From NCBI GenBank assembly GCA_951406725.2, contig OX597827.1:27714001-27778000 (forward strand): a stretch of 64,000 nucleotides of DNA. Direction: 5' to 3'. Origin of the DNA: Octopus vulgaris (Eukaryota). The translations under genes and the position numbers were made by a program. This document shows, piece by piece, positions 27,830 to 40,984 of the stretch. The notes beneath the pieces are model-generated. The model was not told the DNA's origin. It did no database searches and saw nothing but the letters and a program-made list of their open reading frames with translations. The stretch's first letter is position 1, and the number at the start of each line of letters is the position of its first letter.

Positions 27830-28490
27830 ATGGTGGCTACCCTCTCGTTATCGAGTATGGCCATTGCACGAAGCTTAATCAATGTTGTTATCGTGCAATG
27901 CCTGTGCAAGAAGAGTGGAAAGGCTGTGCGCTGAGTCAATCCCACTCACTAAGCAACAGCAGCCATAATCCGAAAAGAAGAACAAGTCAACATCATCGGT
28001 AACCACTGAGCCGCAGGTTTCATGTCGGAGTTATCCTAGTTACCTGAGTTACCTTCTCCTAGAAGGATGCCCTAACAAAGGCTAGGAGTCCTTCACTCCC
28101 AATGGTGTAACCGCGCGATAGGGTATTCAGTCCGATTATTTCTATGTCCCCGCGCATGATACAGCCTTAAGACATTTATTGGATGGCCGTTGACTCTCAA
28201 GAGTTCCTCCGCCCTTTGACGGGTTTTGTTTTTCATCCCGCAGGGTGTCCAATAAACACCCTCCTCACCAAGAAAGCTTGGTGGGGCTGCCAGTTTAGTC
28301 GCCGACGACCCGACCATGCAACAGGTTGTACTGGGTTACATGTTACCATCATCAACATCATCATTGTTCGACCGTGGTCGAGACAATGGAATTTACCATG
28401 CTACGCCAGACTTCACGGTCCAACATATCCATGCATAATCTTCTGCTCATATAGGCTCGTCCGTTCATCTGATGACACGTTGCGGTAGAG
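27830..28490 (-). mobile_element. RTE-clade pieces: 3' end with (TGA)n tail (28348-28490) joined to a 5' UTR (27830-28347)
   Basis: Minus strand DREVWRSMVNSIVSTTVEQ* then tgatgatgttgatgat; agcctttgttagggcatccttctaggagaagg resembles RTE leaders; related copy at 35015. Confidence 0.55.
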
Positions 28491-28580
28491 TCACGCGACA
28501 TGCATGTTTAAATGTATGTATGCATGTTTCTATTTATCTATCTATCTTTCTTTCTCTCTCCCTCTCTCTCTATATATATG

Positions 28581-28615
<35 letters not shown>

Positions 28616-28652
28616 GTGTGTATGCATACATATATATACATATATCTGTGTA

Positions 28653-28685
<33 letters not shown>

Positions 28686-28689
<4 letters not shown>

Positions 28690-29470
28690 CGGAACTTGAG
28701 GCAGACCAGCGCCGCCACACAAAGACTATTGATTCAGTGATACAGATTACCTCCTGGGGGAAGCGTGAAGAACTGAAACTTTAATCCCTAGTGAAAAGGC
28801 GTGAAAGATATCCAGTGATATTCATATGGAAGATACTGGAATGTCTAATTGACAAGTTTAAAATTGGAAGCTCTACGAAGAACTTAAGTGGACGGCACTG
28901 TATAATACCAAAGACCCCATTTTCTCTACGTAGAATAACGATTCAGTACTGTAATAGTTTGGGCTTCAAAGACCTGAAACTATTAAGCATTCTGCTGAAC
29001 AACATCAGATATTTGTGAGTTGTAGATGTGGAGTTCTTCAAAAAGCGTCTGGACAAATTTTACTCTGAGCCACTAGATCTTAGGTTCTCAAAGTGGGCGC
29101 TACCGCTCCCTGGTGGGCGTTGAGTCAGTACAGGTGAGCGCTGGTGCATAAAAGGGCGGTATGGTTTAGTGAGCGTTAAACAAAAAGGAGGCGTTGGGTG
29201 GAAGGCAGTGGATTGGGGGACGCTATGAATTTATATTATTATAGTATTGTATACAAATTATATAATATATTAAATATCAAATGATTCATAATATATACAA
29301 ATTAGTAAAATATAAAATTTTTATTTATACATAAAAGTAGAAGTGGGGCACTGGGGGTATTACGTGGTCATGGGGGGGGGGCAGAAAGTTTGAGAACCTC
29401 TGCACAAGATGATCCCACATAGCAGTAGGAAGCACAAAGAAGAGCGGTTCTGTGCAATGCGCTTCTTCAG
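28686..29470 (+). mobile_element. CR1-like LINE 3' fragment interrupted by a hAT MITE
   Basis: KRRERYPVIFIWKILE...YCNSLGFKDLKLLSIL. Confidence 0.65.
29079..29402. mobile_element. hAT (Charlie-like) MITE
   Basis: TIRs cttaggttctcaaag and gtttgagaacctctg; 8-bp TSD cactagat/cacaagat (7 of 8 match). Confidence 0.75.
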
Positions 29471-29777
29471 CAGAAACTGTACAGAAAAAAAGCCCAAACA
29501 CACTGAAAGGTGGTTTTCCAGCATTATATATATGTTGTTATATTTCTGGAATGCTTATATTTTGCTAATTAAACACACGCGTACGAATGTTTAATTGGAT
29601 TGGCAAAATATGGGCATACCCAACTATAACAAATTGTTTCAATACACGATTTCGCATTAAGAATCTTGCAAAACAAATACATATATATGTATGTATGTAT
29701 GTACGTATGTATGTATGTATGTATGTATGTATGTATGTATGTATGTATGTATGTATGTATGTATGTATGTATATATG

Positions 29778-29808
<31 letters not shown>

Positions 29809-29996
29809 ATATGTGTGTGTGTGTCTGTATATATATATATATATAGGTATGTATATATATATATATATATAAATATATACACATATATCTTTATATATAT
29901 TATATGTATATCTATCTATATCCATATATATATAAATAAATATATATATATATATATATATACATATATATATGTATGTATATATATATATGTATA

Positions 29997-30479
29997 GTCA
30001 ATAATAAAAGGGCAAAATTAATTAATTATCAATTAATTTTACCAAGTAGTGTTCAGTATGTAAAAAGACCATTAACGGTATATTTAAAACATTATGTTAT
30101 ATACTTAGGCTTCAGTAAAATAATTTACTTTACCACACACCGAACTTTTAGAAATAGCAGCCAAAAAATCTTAGCTATTTCCTCTACTATAAGAAAAGTC
30201 TCCCAGACAATGTATACTCAAAAATAATTCACGCAGGTATAGAGGGAAAAATAACGAAAGATCACACGTACATCGATTACTTGAGAACGCCGTTTCTGGA
30301 TTAGTTGGATATAGAGATCAACATTTCCGTCATCAGCCCAAGATTTCTTTAGGTTTGGATTTGAGAGCACTAAAAATCGACCATACCCGTCTGATATGAG
30401 TAATCCCAGACAAACCATCTTCGACCGCTAGTACTAATGAATTCAAAAAATAGAAATCTTGGGCTGATGACGGAAATGT
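29997..30479. mobile_element. Inverted Penelope-like pLTR remnant with right arm truncated
   Basis: 28-bp inverted repeat at 30321-30348 and 30452-30479 overlapping a hammerhead core; follows (TA)n. Confidence 0.55.
30280..30342 (-). ncRNA. Minimal type I hammerhead motif
   Basis: Minus strand: cttggg-CUGAUGA-cgga...tcca-GAAAC ggc GUU-ctcaag. Stem I is 6 bp, the first stem II pair is mismatched and the GUU triplet is suboptimal. Confidence 0.6.
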
Positions 30480-30509
30480 GCAAGTTGTTTGCAAGACATC
30501 TAAGACCTT

Positions 30510-30657
30510 GTGGTAGGTAACCACTGACAAACCGGATAGACGGTTAGGCATCTTGGAAAGACAAGAGGACTGCTCGGAAAGACCAGCGGACAATAGGAAA
30601 GACTATCGACACCAGGAAAGACTGGCGGAGGCTGCGGACTTACGATCCTCGCCTCTG
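30510..30657 (+). promoter_or_regulatory. Structured 5' UTR: array of five G-GA(A/T)AGA-C hairpins with flanking stems
   Basis: Loops start at 30535, 30556, 30577, 30597 and 30616, each with a different self-complementary stem. Confidence 0.7.
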
Positions 30658-30750
30658 TATTTTATTGTAACAGACATAACAGGAAATGACAGCCCCACGA
30701 TTGACCGAGAGGGGGGAGTCTAGAATCAATCAAACCCAGTCAGCACGGAA

Positions 30751-33700
30751 ATGACCTCTGAAACGAACATGATTATTCATTCGAACAGCGAACGAACTGC
30801 AAACAACTTTGGATGCAAGCTGGGCTATAGAACCTTTGCAACTGAGAGAGGTTTGAAGATACATCAGGGAAAGACTTGTGAGAAGAGGACAGAGCAGTGT
30901 GGATCGTCAGATCGTAAAACACGTGGCAAATCATCCCCGGACTCAAACCACAGCGGATCGATAAATGCTACAGCAGAGAACTCTTCACGTGAAGAAACTA
31001 CAAGTCATGAAACTGGTGCATCAGATAATACTCAGAGGAAACCGAGGGTTTTGTGGCCTGCTGCTAATGAGAAAGTGAAATATAAAGAGTTTGAAAACAA
31101 GGTTTGTCGGGCTCTTTATAAAATGACAGGCTCTACAGTGGAGAAACTGGGAAAATTATCAAGCTCAATATACGATATAGGAAAATATTTATTTGGAATA
31201 AAAGAGAATATCCGACTAGAGAAAGGAAAGTGTGGACCAAGCAGGAGGATCAGAAAAATGCAGCAGTTGAGGAAGGAAAAGTCCGACTTAAGAAAGCGAT
31301 GGAGATGTGCTGCACTAGATGAGAAACCTGGCCTTGCGTTGCTGTATAACGATTTGAAGAGGAAATGTCGTTATGTGCAACGACATATCCGCCGATATGA
31401 GCGTCGAAAAGAAAGTTAAAGGACTCGGAGGCAGTTTCTGAAGGACCCGTACGGGTTTACTAAGAAGCTGTTCACTGAGTGGTACTTTATCGTGCACTAA
31501 AGAAGAATTGGATGCTCATATCAAGGAAACCTACAGCGATCCGCACCGTAATCAGCCGCTGCCACCTCTACATGGGCTAAATCATCTCTCAGGACCTGAT
31601 ATCTAATTCCAGATTGGGGACATCAGGGAGAGAGAGGTGAAAGATTTCGTAAGAAAAGCTAGAGCAAAGAGTGCCCCAGGAGGTGATGGCGTCTCATATA
31701 AAGTCTACAAATACTGCAATCGTCTGCGAAAGAAGCTCTTCGTCCTAATCCGACAACTGTGGCGCGAGGAGACTATAGTAGAGGATTGGTGTAAGGCAGA
31801 AGGTATATACCTGACGAAAGAGGCCAATGCAAAGACCATAAAACAGTTTAGGCCGATATCCTTATTGAATGTGGAAAGCAAGATCATTATGGGAATTCTG
31901 TCGAGGAGAACAGTGGCATATTTACAGAGTAACGGATATGTTGATGAATCTGTTCAAAAGGCCGGAATCCCCGGGATCCCTGGATGCGTTGAACGCTGTT
32001 TTTCGATTTGGAAAGAGATCCAGGATGCCAAACAGAACAAGAAAAGTCTGAACGTGGTATGGCTCGACCTAGCTTACGCGTATGGTTCAGTGCCACACAA
32101 ATTACTAATAACAGCCATGGACCACTTCCACATTCCTGACAAAGTGATCAAAATAATGAGGATGTACTATGAAAGTTTCGAAATGAGGTTTACAACTGGA
32201 AATTTTACAACAAATTGGCACCGATTGGAGGTTGGCATTGCTGCTGGCTGTACAATATCTGTCACGTGGTTTATCTTAGTCATGGAGTTGATTTTAAAAG
32301 GTGTAGATTTTTCGGAACAAATCGCCCATGTACAATCGCCTAAGAAAGCCTTCATGGATGACGTGACACTTCTAGCTACAGATAAACAAATCATGCAGAA
32401 TGCCCTTTTGAGATTAGATGAACTTGTAAGGTGGTCAAGGATGCGATTTAGAGCAAAAAAGTCGCGTAGTCTGACATTTGTTAAGGGAGTGCAGAAAGAA
32501 TTTAAATTTCGAATATCTGAAGAAAGCATTCCAACAGTCAAGGAAGAGCCCGTCAAGAGCTTGGGACGAGTATACGCTGGAACATTGTCAGACAGAAGTC
32601 GTGGGATTGAAATTATGAAACAGGCCGAGGCTGGGTTATCAGCGATTGATGTTTCGAAGTTACCAGGTAAATATAAAATTTGGTGCTTGCAGTTCGGCTT
32701 GTACCCGCGACTTGCGTGGCCACTTGTAATATACGAAGTAGCATTGTCACGAGTTGAAAGGATTGAACAAAAATGTAATGTGTTCATTAGAAAGTGGCTA
32801 GGTCTACCTCGTATGTTGAACAGCTCAGCTCTTTATCATAAAAGAGGTTCGTTGCAGTTACCAATAGCATCAATAGTCGAAATATATAAGTTGGGGGAAG
32901 ATACGGACGGTCATGATGCTGAGAGAATCGAAGGATATGGAAATTAGGCGTAATGCACCAGAGGTGAAAAGAGCCAGGAAGTGGAAAGCAGAAGCAGAAA
33001 CTGACAACATCTTGTCTTCTCTTATACACGGAGATATGGTGGGAGCAACGCAGAACCATCGGAAAGGATTTGGTTTTGGCGCAGATCAGTTCAGACCGTT
33101 TGCAAGCATGATACCGTGTGAACGCAGATCTGTTGTTAGCAACAGCGTCAAAACAAGAGAAGCAGAGAGAAGAGAGCTTCATTTGATCCGATGTGTTCAT
33201 CAAGGTCAGATGACGAGATGGGAAGAACATGTTGTTGAGAGGAAGATAAGTTGGGATGAGATGTGGAAGTGGACGACATCTCGGCTGAGTTTCCTGATTC
33301 GTTCATCTTATGATGTTTTGCCATCACCTACGAATCTAGTAAGATGGAACGTCTTAGAGAATGACATCTGCAAATGTGGAAAAGTCGGTACACTAAAACA
33401 TATTCTTTCCAACTGTTCATTAGCATTGAACAGGTACACATGGAGGCACAACTTGGTCCTTAAGGTTATCTTCAATGCTATAAAGAACCAAATTCATCTC
33501 AACAACACTGAGGAAAAATCGTTAAAAGTACCATCAAGAGAGTTCATTACCTTCGTGCGACCAGGTCAGCAGATCCGTTTCAAGAAGAAGACCAAGAAAC
33601 TTCCTGAGAAAAATGAAAAGTGGAACGGCTATTGGGAAGTAACTGCAGATTTACCTGGGTGCCAGGTTTTCTTTCCCATCTCAGTTTCGAAAAAACCACA

Positions 33701-34037
33701 TATTTTGATGTGGTGTGAAAGAAAGAAAGTTGTAAATATAGTCGAGCTAACGGTTCCTCACGAAGATAATATGGACGCCGCTCGAGCTCGAAAATTAAAC
33801 CGTTATGAAAAGCTCCTCGAGGAATGTGAAGACGCGGGCTGGAAAGCGGAACATTTTCCTATCGAAGTCGGATGTAGAGGGTTTGTAGGACACAGCGTGA
33901 GACGACTGTTGTTATCGTTAGGCCTAACTCATCGTAAAGTCAATACCACCATGACTGATATCCAATCTACAGTGGAGAAGGCTAGCCACTGGATTTGGTT
34001 AAAAAGAGACGATGAGCGATGGCTAGAAGTATATTGA
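30751..34037 (+). pseudogene. Zinc finger-RT-CCHC-RLE polyprotein, disrupted
   Basis: ORF pieces 30751..31419, 31637..32947 and 32913..34037 are separated by stops or frameshifts; the catalytic PD appears as PH. Confidence 0.85.
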
Positions 34038-34229
34038 GTTCTTCATAACCAGCTGATCTAGCAAGCGGGGCTTCATATCAGTGAGGGGGGCCGGTGCGTA
34101 CTGATGCCGTCGAGAGGTAGGCCCCGAAACGGCGCGCATTCTCTCCTGATGACCCCATACACTTGCTAGCTTCCGATATACGGAGCTTTTAACCGGTAGC
34201 ACTTGCATGTGCAAGTTGTTTGCAAGACA

Positions 34230-34334
<105 letters not shown>

Positions 34335-34777
34335 ATATATATATAGTATATTGGGATTTGGATTTCTCTCCTTATACTCTTCCTGCAAATTATAGTCTGG
34401 CCATGAGCAGAATAATTCAACTGGTTTCACCAGATAAAGCTATTTTGGTAAATGTTAATTAATTCCTGAACAACATCCTCTTTTTTGAATGCGTGGAGAG
34501 AGACAGAGAGAGAGTAGGAGAATCAGAAAGAGAAAGAAAGAAAGTGGGAGAGGGAAGAGGAGGGGCAGAGAGAGGATATTGGGATATTGATAATTAAATA
34601 TAATTGATATTCTGTGAATATTTTGATCTAGAATATCTACGTAACTAAGTTAATTACACCTAGGAGAATTAATTGTTACTAAAATATGACAACAAAAGAA
34701 AAACAAAAAAACAAAAAATTTAACCAGCGAACGTCTAATTGTACCGTATTATCGCTTATTATTATCATATTATCTTA

Positions 34778-34985
34778 GGGCAGTGAGCTGACAGAATCAT
34801 TAGAGCTTCGAAAATAAAAAAAAAAGGAAGAAAGAATAAAAAAGAAAAGAAAAATACCTCGTGGAATGTGTTTCAAATTTTCTCCGTCTGGTTTCAAATC
34901 GCGCTGAGGTCAACTTTGCATTCCTCCTTTGGTAATCAAGAAAATGAAATATCAATCAATTTCAAGGCTGAATGTTATCGATTAA
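34778..34985 (+). mobile_element. SINE family B, decayed
   Basis: ggcagtgagctgacagaatcattag...gctgaggtcaactttgc. Confidence 0.5.
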
Positions 34986-35014
34986 CCCTTAATGTCAGGT
35001 CACTTGTGAGGTCT

Positions 35015-35310
35015 GGCATGAGTGCTACTAGTAACATGGAATTCAGTGCAAGCAGTTCCATGGTCTGATCGTCGGCGACTAAACCGGCACCTGCACTAGG
35101 CTTGCCTGGTGAGGAGGATTACTAGAAACCCAACAGGACTGAAAACGGACGAAACTAGTGTAGGTTCAACGACTATCTAGCAATATCAGAGGGTCTCAGA
35201 AATTCCAGGTTGGTGTCCGGCGTGCTGGAAGATTGACACCAACACTATATTATGGTCTCTAGCCAGTCCTGGCACACTACGGGTTGATGTGCAGAGACAC
35301 TTATGGACTC
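35015..35310 (+). mobile_element. RTE-like 5' UTR fragment
   Basis: catggtctgatcgtcggcgactaaaccggca...ggtgaggagg matches the minus strand of 28260-28347. Confidence 0.55.
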
Positions 35311-35686
35311 TATAATAAATGTGTGTGTGTGTGCGCGCACGCGCGCGTGTGTTTTCCTTTATGCGCTATTATAAAAATAATGAGAGAGAAATAATCTTAA
35401 AGACAGAGGTGACGAAAGGATTAAGGAGGAGGGGCAGAGCAGAAGAAGAGAAGTGGGAGGAGGAGGAAGTGAAGGAGGATTGGGGAAAATGGGAGAGTAG
35501 CATGGGAGAGGTTATACAAACGAGGAATTTACTCTTTTACTCATTTATATGCTTCTGCCCAAAGACTGCGGACATGCTAGAGCACCACCAGTGAAATCTG
35601 TTTAATTTTTATTTGCAACTCATTTCATTGTTTTATATAAAATGATGAAAAAATTTCGTAAAAGATAAAATTATGATTATTGTATC

Positions 35687-35844
35687 TGTTGTGTGGAAGT
35701 AGAACACCCCTATTAATTGGCTCCTAATGGACTGTGCCACAATATAAATGGACATACGCAGAGAGCCTTCAGGAGTGTAAAGCTGGGAGTTGCGTATTGT
35801 CGAGGGTCATCACCACTACCTTAAGTAGAACGTGCGACACAACA
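35687..35844. mobile_element. Candidate short solo LTR
   Basis: TG...CA ends, 8-bp terminal inverted repeat tgttgtgt/acacaaca, flanks gtatc and gtatg. Confidence 0.35.
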
Positions 35845-36166
35845 GTATGCAAGCCATATTTTCTGATATTGCCAATGGTTACGAAAGTTTTATTTCCAAT
35901 GGTACCCGTCATGTGACGCGGAACTTCTTATATAATTCATTGGAGGAAAACCACGCACCGACAACGAAATAGGCAATTAGGGAGTTAAATAAGATATCTG
36001 GTGAAGGGAGTTGGTGTGTGTGTGTGTTTGTATACACATGCACACGCACATATACATATAGGAAAAGAGATAGATAATGATATAGAAAGATTTCTATCTA
36101 TCTATGAATGCCTGCTGTTTATTATAGATCGTTAGATAGCTATGTATATATATATATATATATATT

Positions 36167-36216
<50 letters not shown>

Positions 36217-36730
36217 TACACACACACACATATATATACACACATACACACAGAACACAAAGAGAAAAAGTGAGAGGAAGAGCGAGAATGAAAGTGGCAG
36301 TGAGCGAGAGAGGAAGAATAGAAAACGACGTCAATAAAATCTCGTCTTATATCAACAAATAGGACTTGAAAATTAAACGGAAACGATTTTGAGAATTTCA
36401 AGAAGGTTATACAATTCCAAGAATAATGGTGGGCAGTGAATCATGCATTAAATATAAACGGAAGAAATATGTTTTCCATTGTCTTTAATTCAATAAGAAA
36501 GCACATTTTCATGGTTCTACAATATTTCTTAAGAGATTTCATACACGTTCAATGTTTCGCTTTAAAAGCATTCAGTAATATATCTGAAAGGAAACCCAAC
36601 TAAATTAACAGCCATGTTAAACCAGTCTATTTGCCGCATTTTAGTTAAATCTTTTTAAATTTCGAGCTCAAATCCTGCTGAAGAACTATTTATTTATTTA
36701 TTTATTTATTTATTTATTCAGTCACACCTT

Positions 36731-36998
36731 TGGCACTCGGTCGGTTACGACGAAGAGCGTTCCACTTCATTATGGAATAGTCTACTTGTGAAATTAACGA
36801 GCAAGGGGAGAACTGCGTTCAGCGTAACACAGAAAGCGACAAGGCTGGTCCCTTTGACTTACAACTACAATTCACTTTTACCTACAGAGTAGACTGGCGC
36901 AACGTGAAATAAAACGTGTCACTCAAGGACGCAACGCGGCGCCAGGAATCGAATTCACGAGCGTGATCCGAATACCCTGACCACTCACCTACCTGACG
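36731..36998 (-). mobile_element. tRNA-derived SINE family D
   Basis: Minus-strand head with ttcgattcc and ccttgagtgacacg; tail cgtcgtaaccgaccgagtgcca is shared with 44120-44150. Confidence 0.6.
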
Positions 36999-37127
36999 CA
37001 TGTCAAACGTAAATGATATCGGTACAACATCGATTTTCCTGACTTTTGATCCCAAATCCGTTCTGGATTACTGATGCCTCCGAACCTGCGATGGTTCGTT
37101 CTGACTCTAAGCTGAATGAGTATCGAA

Positions 37128-37868
37128 CGGATTCCGGGTTCAGCCCCAGTCCGTGGCTCCTTGGGCAAGTGTCTTCTGCTATAGCCCCGAGTTGACCAAA
37201 GCCTTCTGAGTGGATTTCGTAGACGGAAACTGAAAGAAGCCCGTCATACATATTCTTTTACTTTTGCTTGTTTCAGTCGTTTGACTATGGCCATGCTAGA
37301 GCACTGCCTTTAGAAATCCACCTCAGGACATATTCTTTGTAATCTTAGTGCTTATTCTATCAGTTTCTTTTGCCGAACCACTAAGTTACGGAGGCGTAAA
37401 CACACTAACATTGGTTGTTAAGCGATTATGGAGGGACAGAGAAAGACACGCATTAACACAAACACACATACGACAGGCTTCTTTCAGTTTCCGTATACCA
37501 AATCCACTCACAAGGCTTTTATCGGCCTGAGGCTATAATAGAAGGCACTTTCCCAATTTGCCATGCAGTGAGACTGAACCCGGAACTATGTAGTTGAGAA
37601 GCAAGCTTCTTACCGCACAACCACTCCTGAGATAGAGAGAGAGATGTATGAGGGCGTGCGCGTGTGAGTGTATTTGTGTTTGTTCCTCACCACCGCTTCA
37701 CAACCGCTGTTGATTTGTTTACGTTTCCGTAACTTTGACAAAGAGAGATCGATAGAACAACTTGTAGACTTTTCGGACAAACACAGATCGATTTAACCGA
37801 CTAAAGCCTTCAATCCGCTGCACCAGAATGGCCGCAGTCTAATGACTGTAACAAGGAAAAGATAAAAG
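37128..37868. mobile_element. Nested SINE family A: plus-strand halves (about 37128-37248 and 37665-37868) around a minus-strand copy (about 37253-37628)
   Basis: Family A motifs in both orientations. Confidence 0.7.
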
Positions 37869-38429
37869 CTCCATTCAATGAAATAGAAGGACCTGTCTTC
37901 ATTACTATAAATGGTACAAAGCTTTTAAATACTATATTGTGCAAAGCCCTAGACTGTGCAAGGTCCCAGTAAACTAGTCTCGCAGCCGCGGGAATTTGGA
38001 GTTCCTACTTGTAAATTAGAGCGGATTATGGGAGGCTCCGGGATTAGCAGTGTCTGGAAATCCGGTGTTGTACCACTATGAAGCTGTTCATCTGAGTAGA
38101 AAATAGATGCAGTTGACTAAACGCTAAGAAGAAATATTTGAACAAGCCAATCCATGAGCGGTAGTCCTTGGTACACTTGCTGTGTATGAAGGTTTACGAT
38201 TACAGTGGTGGATTCCTATTACAGGCTTCCTTTTTCTCATCTCTCTGACCTCAAGCTGTAAGTACCCTTGCAAATATTATGTAGCTGTGTGTACGTAAGT
38301 ATGTCTCTGTATGTGTGTCATTATTCAGTCTATTTCAAGATTTCTTGCCAATAGAGTAAGATCCGGTTTCGAACCTAGATCCAAGTCTACTTCATTGGAA
38401 TTTTTACATCAACAACTGGGTATACATGC

Positions 38430-38775
38430 ATGCATGTATGTATGTATGTATGTATGTATGTATGTATGTATGTATATATATATATATATTTATGTATGTA
38501 TGTATGTATGTATGTATGTATGTATATATGTATGTATGTATGTATATATTTATGTATGTATGTATGTATGTATTTATGTATGTATGTATGTATATATGTA
38601 TGTATGCATATATTTATGTATGTATGTATGTATTTATGTATGTATGTATTTATGTATGTTTGTATGTATGTATTTATGTATGTATGTATTTACGTATGTA
38701 TTTATGTATGTTTGTATGTATGTATGTATGTATGTATGCATGCATGTGCAGATTTATATGTTTTATGTATGTACG
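38430..38775. repeat. (TATG)n degenerate tract
   Basis: Seen directly. Confidence 0.9.
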
Positions 38776-39275
38776 CTCATGCTCATATGTATTTAAAGGA
38801 AAAACTTTTGGAAAGTTTTACTGATTTTTACAGGTCCAGTGATGAACTGGATCTGTAGTCTTCGAATTAGCTTTCTCCTTTTGGATTTTGAGAAGCCTAA
38901 TTTCTCAAAATTGGTATTTAGTCTGTGTGTTACATATCCCAAGGCCCCAACATGTATGTATGTATGTATGTATGTATGTATGTATGTATGTATGTATGTA
39001 TGTATTCATACACACTCTCACAAACACACACACATACACAGATTCACATACTTAAGTATATATGGATACATACACATACGTGTATACCCCTATATATTAT
39101 ATATGATATAGTACATTTCCTATAAAGAGCGCTTTATTTTTTCCCAGATGTGATACATCTGGAACTAAATTTTCGTTTAAGCATTGAAGAATGTGATATT
39201 TACGATTTTTGCTTGCTGGCACTTTCTATTTATAGTGAGCGAATCGGCCTCATAAGTGGTCCCACCATTTTCTAT

Positions 39276-39542
39276 ACAAGTGGATCTCGATCTGGGACCA
39301 CATGTCCCTTGCATTCCATATAAAAGTTTTAATTGTTAAAAATCATGAGAAATAAATCGAATATACCTCAACAATACACAAGATATTTTATCAATATCTA
39401 TTTTATCAATTCCTAATATTGCAATATTCAATTATAAAAATATAAAGGGATTTTTCAAAACTTCAAATGGCTTGAGGGATGGACACTAGAATACAAAAAA
39501 AAATCAAACGGTTCATAGGCAAAAAGTGTTTGAGAACCATAG
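39276..39542. mobile_element. Decayed hAT-like MITE
   Basis: Ends caagtggatctcga and tttgagaaccatag resemble CAGTGGTTCTCAA; TSD not resolved. Confidence 0.4.
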
Positions 39543-40162
39543 CCCTCTATAATCTCAGTAGTTAATCCTCGTCCTGGCCAGAACGATTGCGCCAAATCAC
39601 GAAGAAATAAGTTTAATTCTAGTGATACGTAATTATTATTATATTCTCAAATCGCGATAAACGTGAAGCAACGTAAAATTAATTTATCAAAGAAAGCGAT
39701 ATGTTGTATAAATTCTCAACCGAAGCATTTAACCAATTGTTACATTATTCAACCCCCAGCACCACCATCACCACCAGGCAGCTACTTCCTTCGATATTTT
39801 CACACCAGCTCGGTTGTATGATATTGAGTCATTCCTAAATTGTAACCCGAAACCAATTCTCTAATGCCGTTCACCAATTTAAGCTAACACCAAATCACTA
39901 ATATAACACTAAAACCATGGTCCTAATGGGATCTGACACAAATTTTCCATTCTCTCAAATTATGAAAGCATTACGTTGTATGGTTTATATCGATACAATG
40001 TACACGTACACCTACACGCATACACACACACGCGAGCGTGCTTACATACAATCATAAATATACTCTAACGCACAATGATATATAGACATACACACCCAAT
40101 ATATACATGCAAATATATGTGTATGTATGACTCTCTTTCACTCCTTCTTTCTGTCTGTCTCC

Positions 40163-40193
<31 letters not shown>

Positions 40194-40507
40194 ATATGTA
40201 TATACATACGTACGTACAAACAGATTGCCTATATATTTCTACGCGTACACATCTTCCTTTGTATTCAGGTTTATACTTGTGTATACACGTATACGATGCA
40301 TTTAGGTATCTTTCTCTCTCGCTCAATCTCTCTCCCCCCTCTCTCCCCCTCTCTCTCTCAATAATACATATATATACATAAATACATACATACATACATA
40401 TATATACATATATAAATATACATACGTTCTTGCATACATGCATACATTCACATATATATATGTATAAATATATATTTATACATATATATAGATACATATA
40501 AATATAT

Positions 40508-40546
<39 letters not shown>

Positions 40547-40949
40547 TATACATATATTATATGTATATATATTATATATATATATTATATTATATATATA
40601 TATATGATATACATAGATATATTATATATATATATAAATATATAAATATACCATATATATATATATGTATGTATGTATATATATATATATATATATTTAA
40701 ATATATACATACATATAAATATATGTAGTGAGACAAATAGTGAGAGAAAGGGAAAGAGATTGAGAGAGAGAGGCAGAGAGAGACAAAGAGTGTCAGAAAC
40801 AATTGAATGTGGTGTGTGCGAATTTATATTCGTAACCACATTGAATACGGATATATATATATATATATATATACACATCTATAAGTTACATATACATACA
40901 TGCATACCATACATACATGCACTCATGTATACATACATATAGGTATGTA

Positions 40950-40984
<35 letters not shown>

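Noticed and set aside
30530-30625. CRISPR-like interpretation of the GGAAAGAC repeats
   Set aside because: The repeat is only 8 nt, the intervening sequence forms hairpin stems, there are no cas genes, and the context is a eukaryotic retroelement.
30503-30700. HDV-like ribozyme at the 5' end of the RLE LINE, and likewise at the RTE leader near 28347
   Set aside because: I could not build the nested double pseudoknot by eye; an RNArobo or Infernal search is needed.
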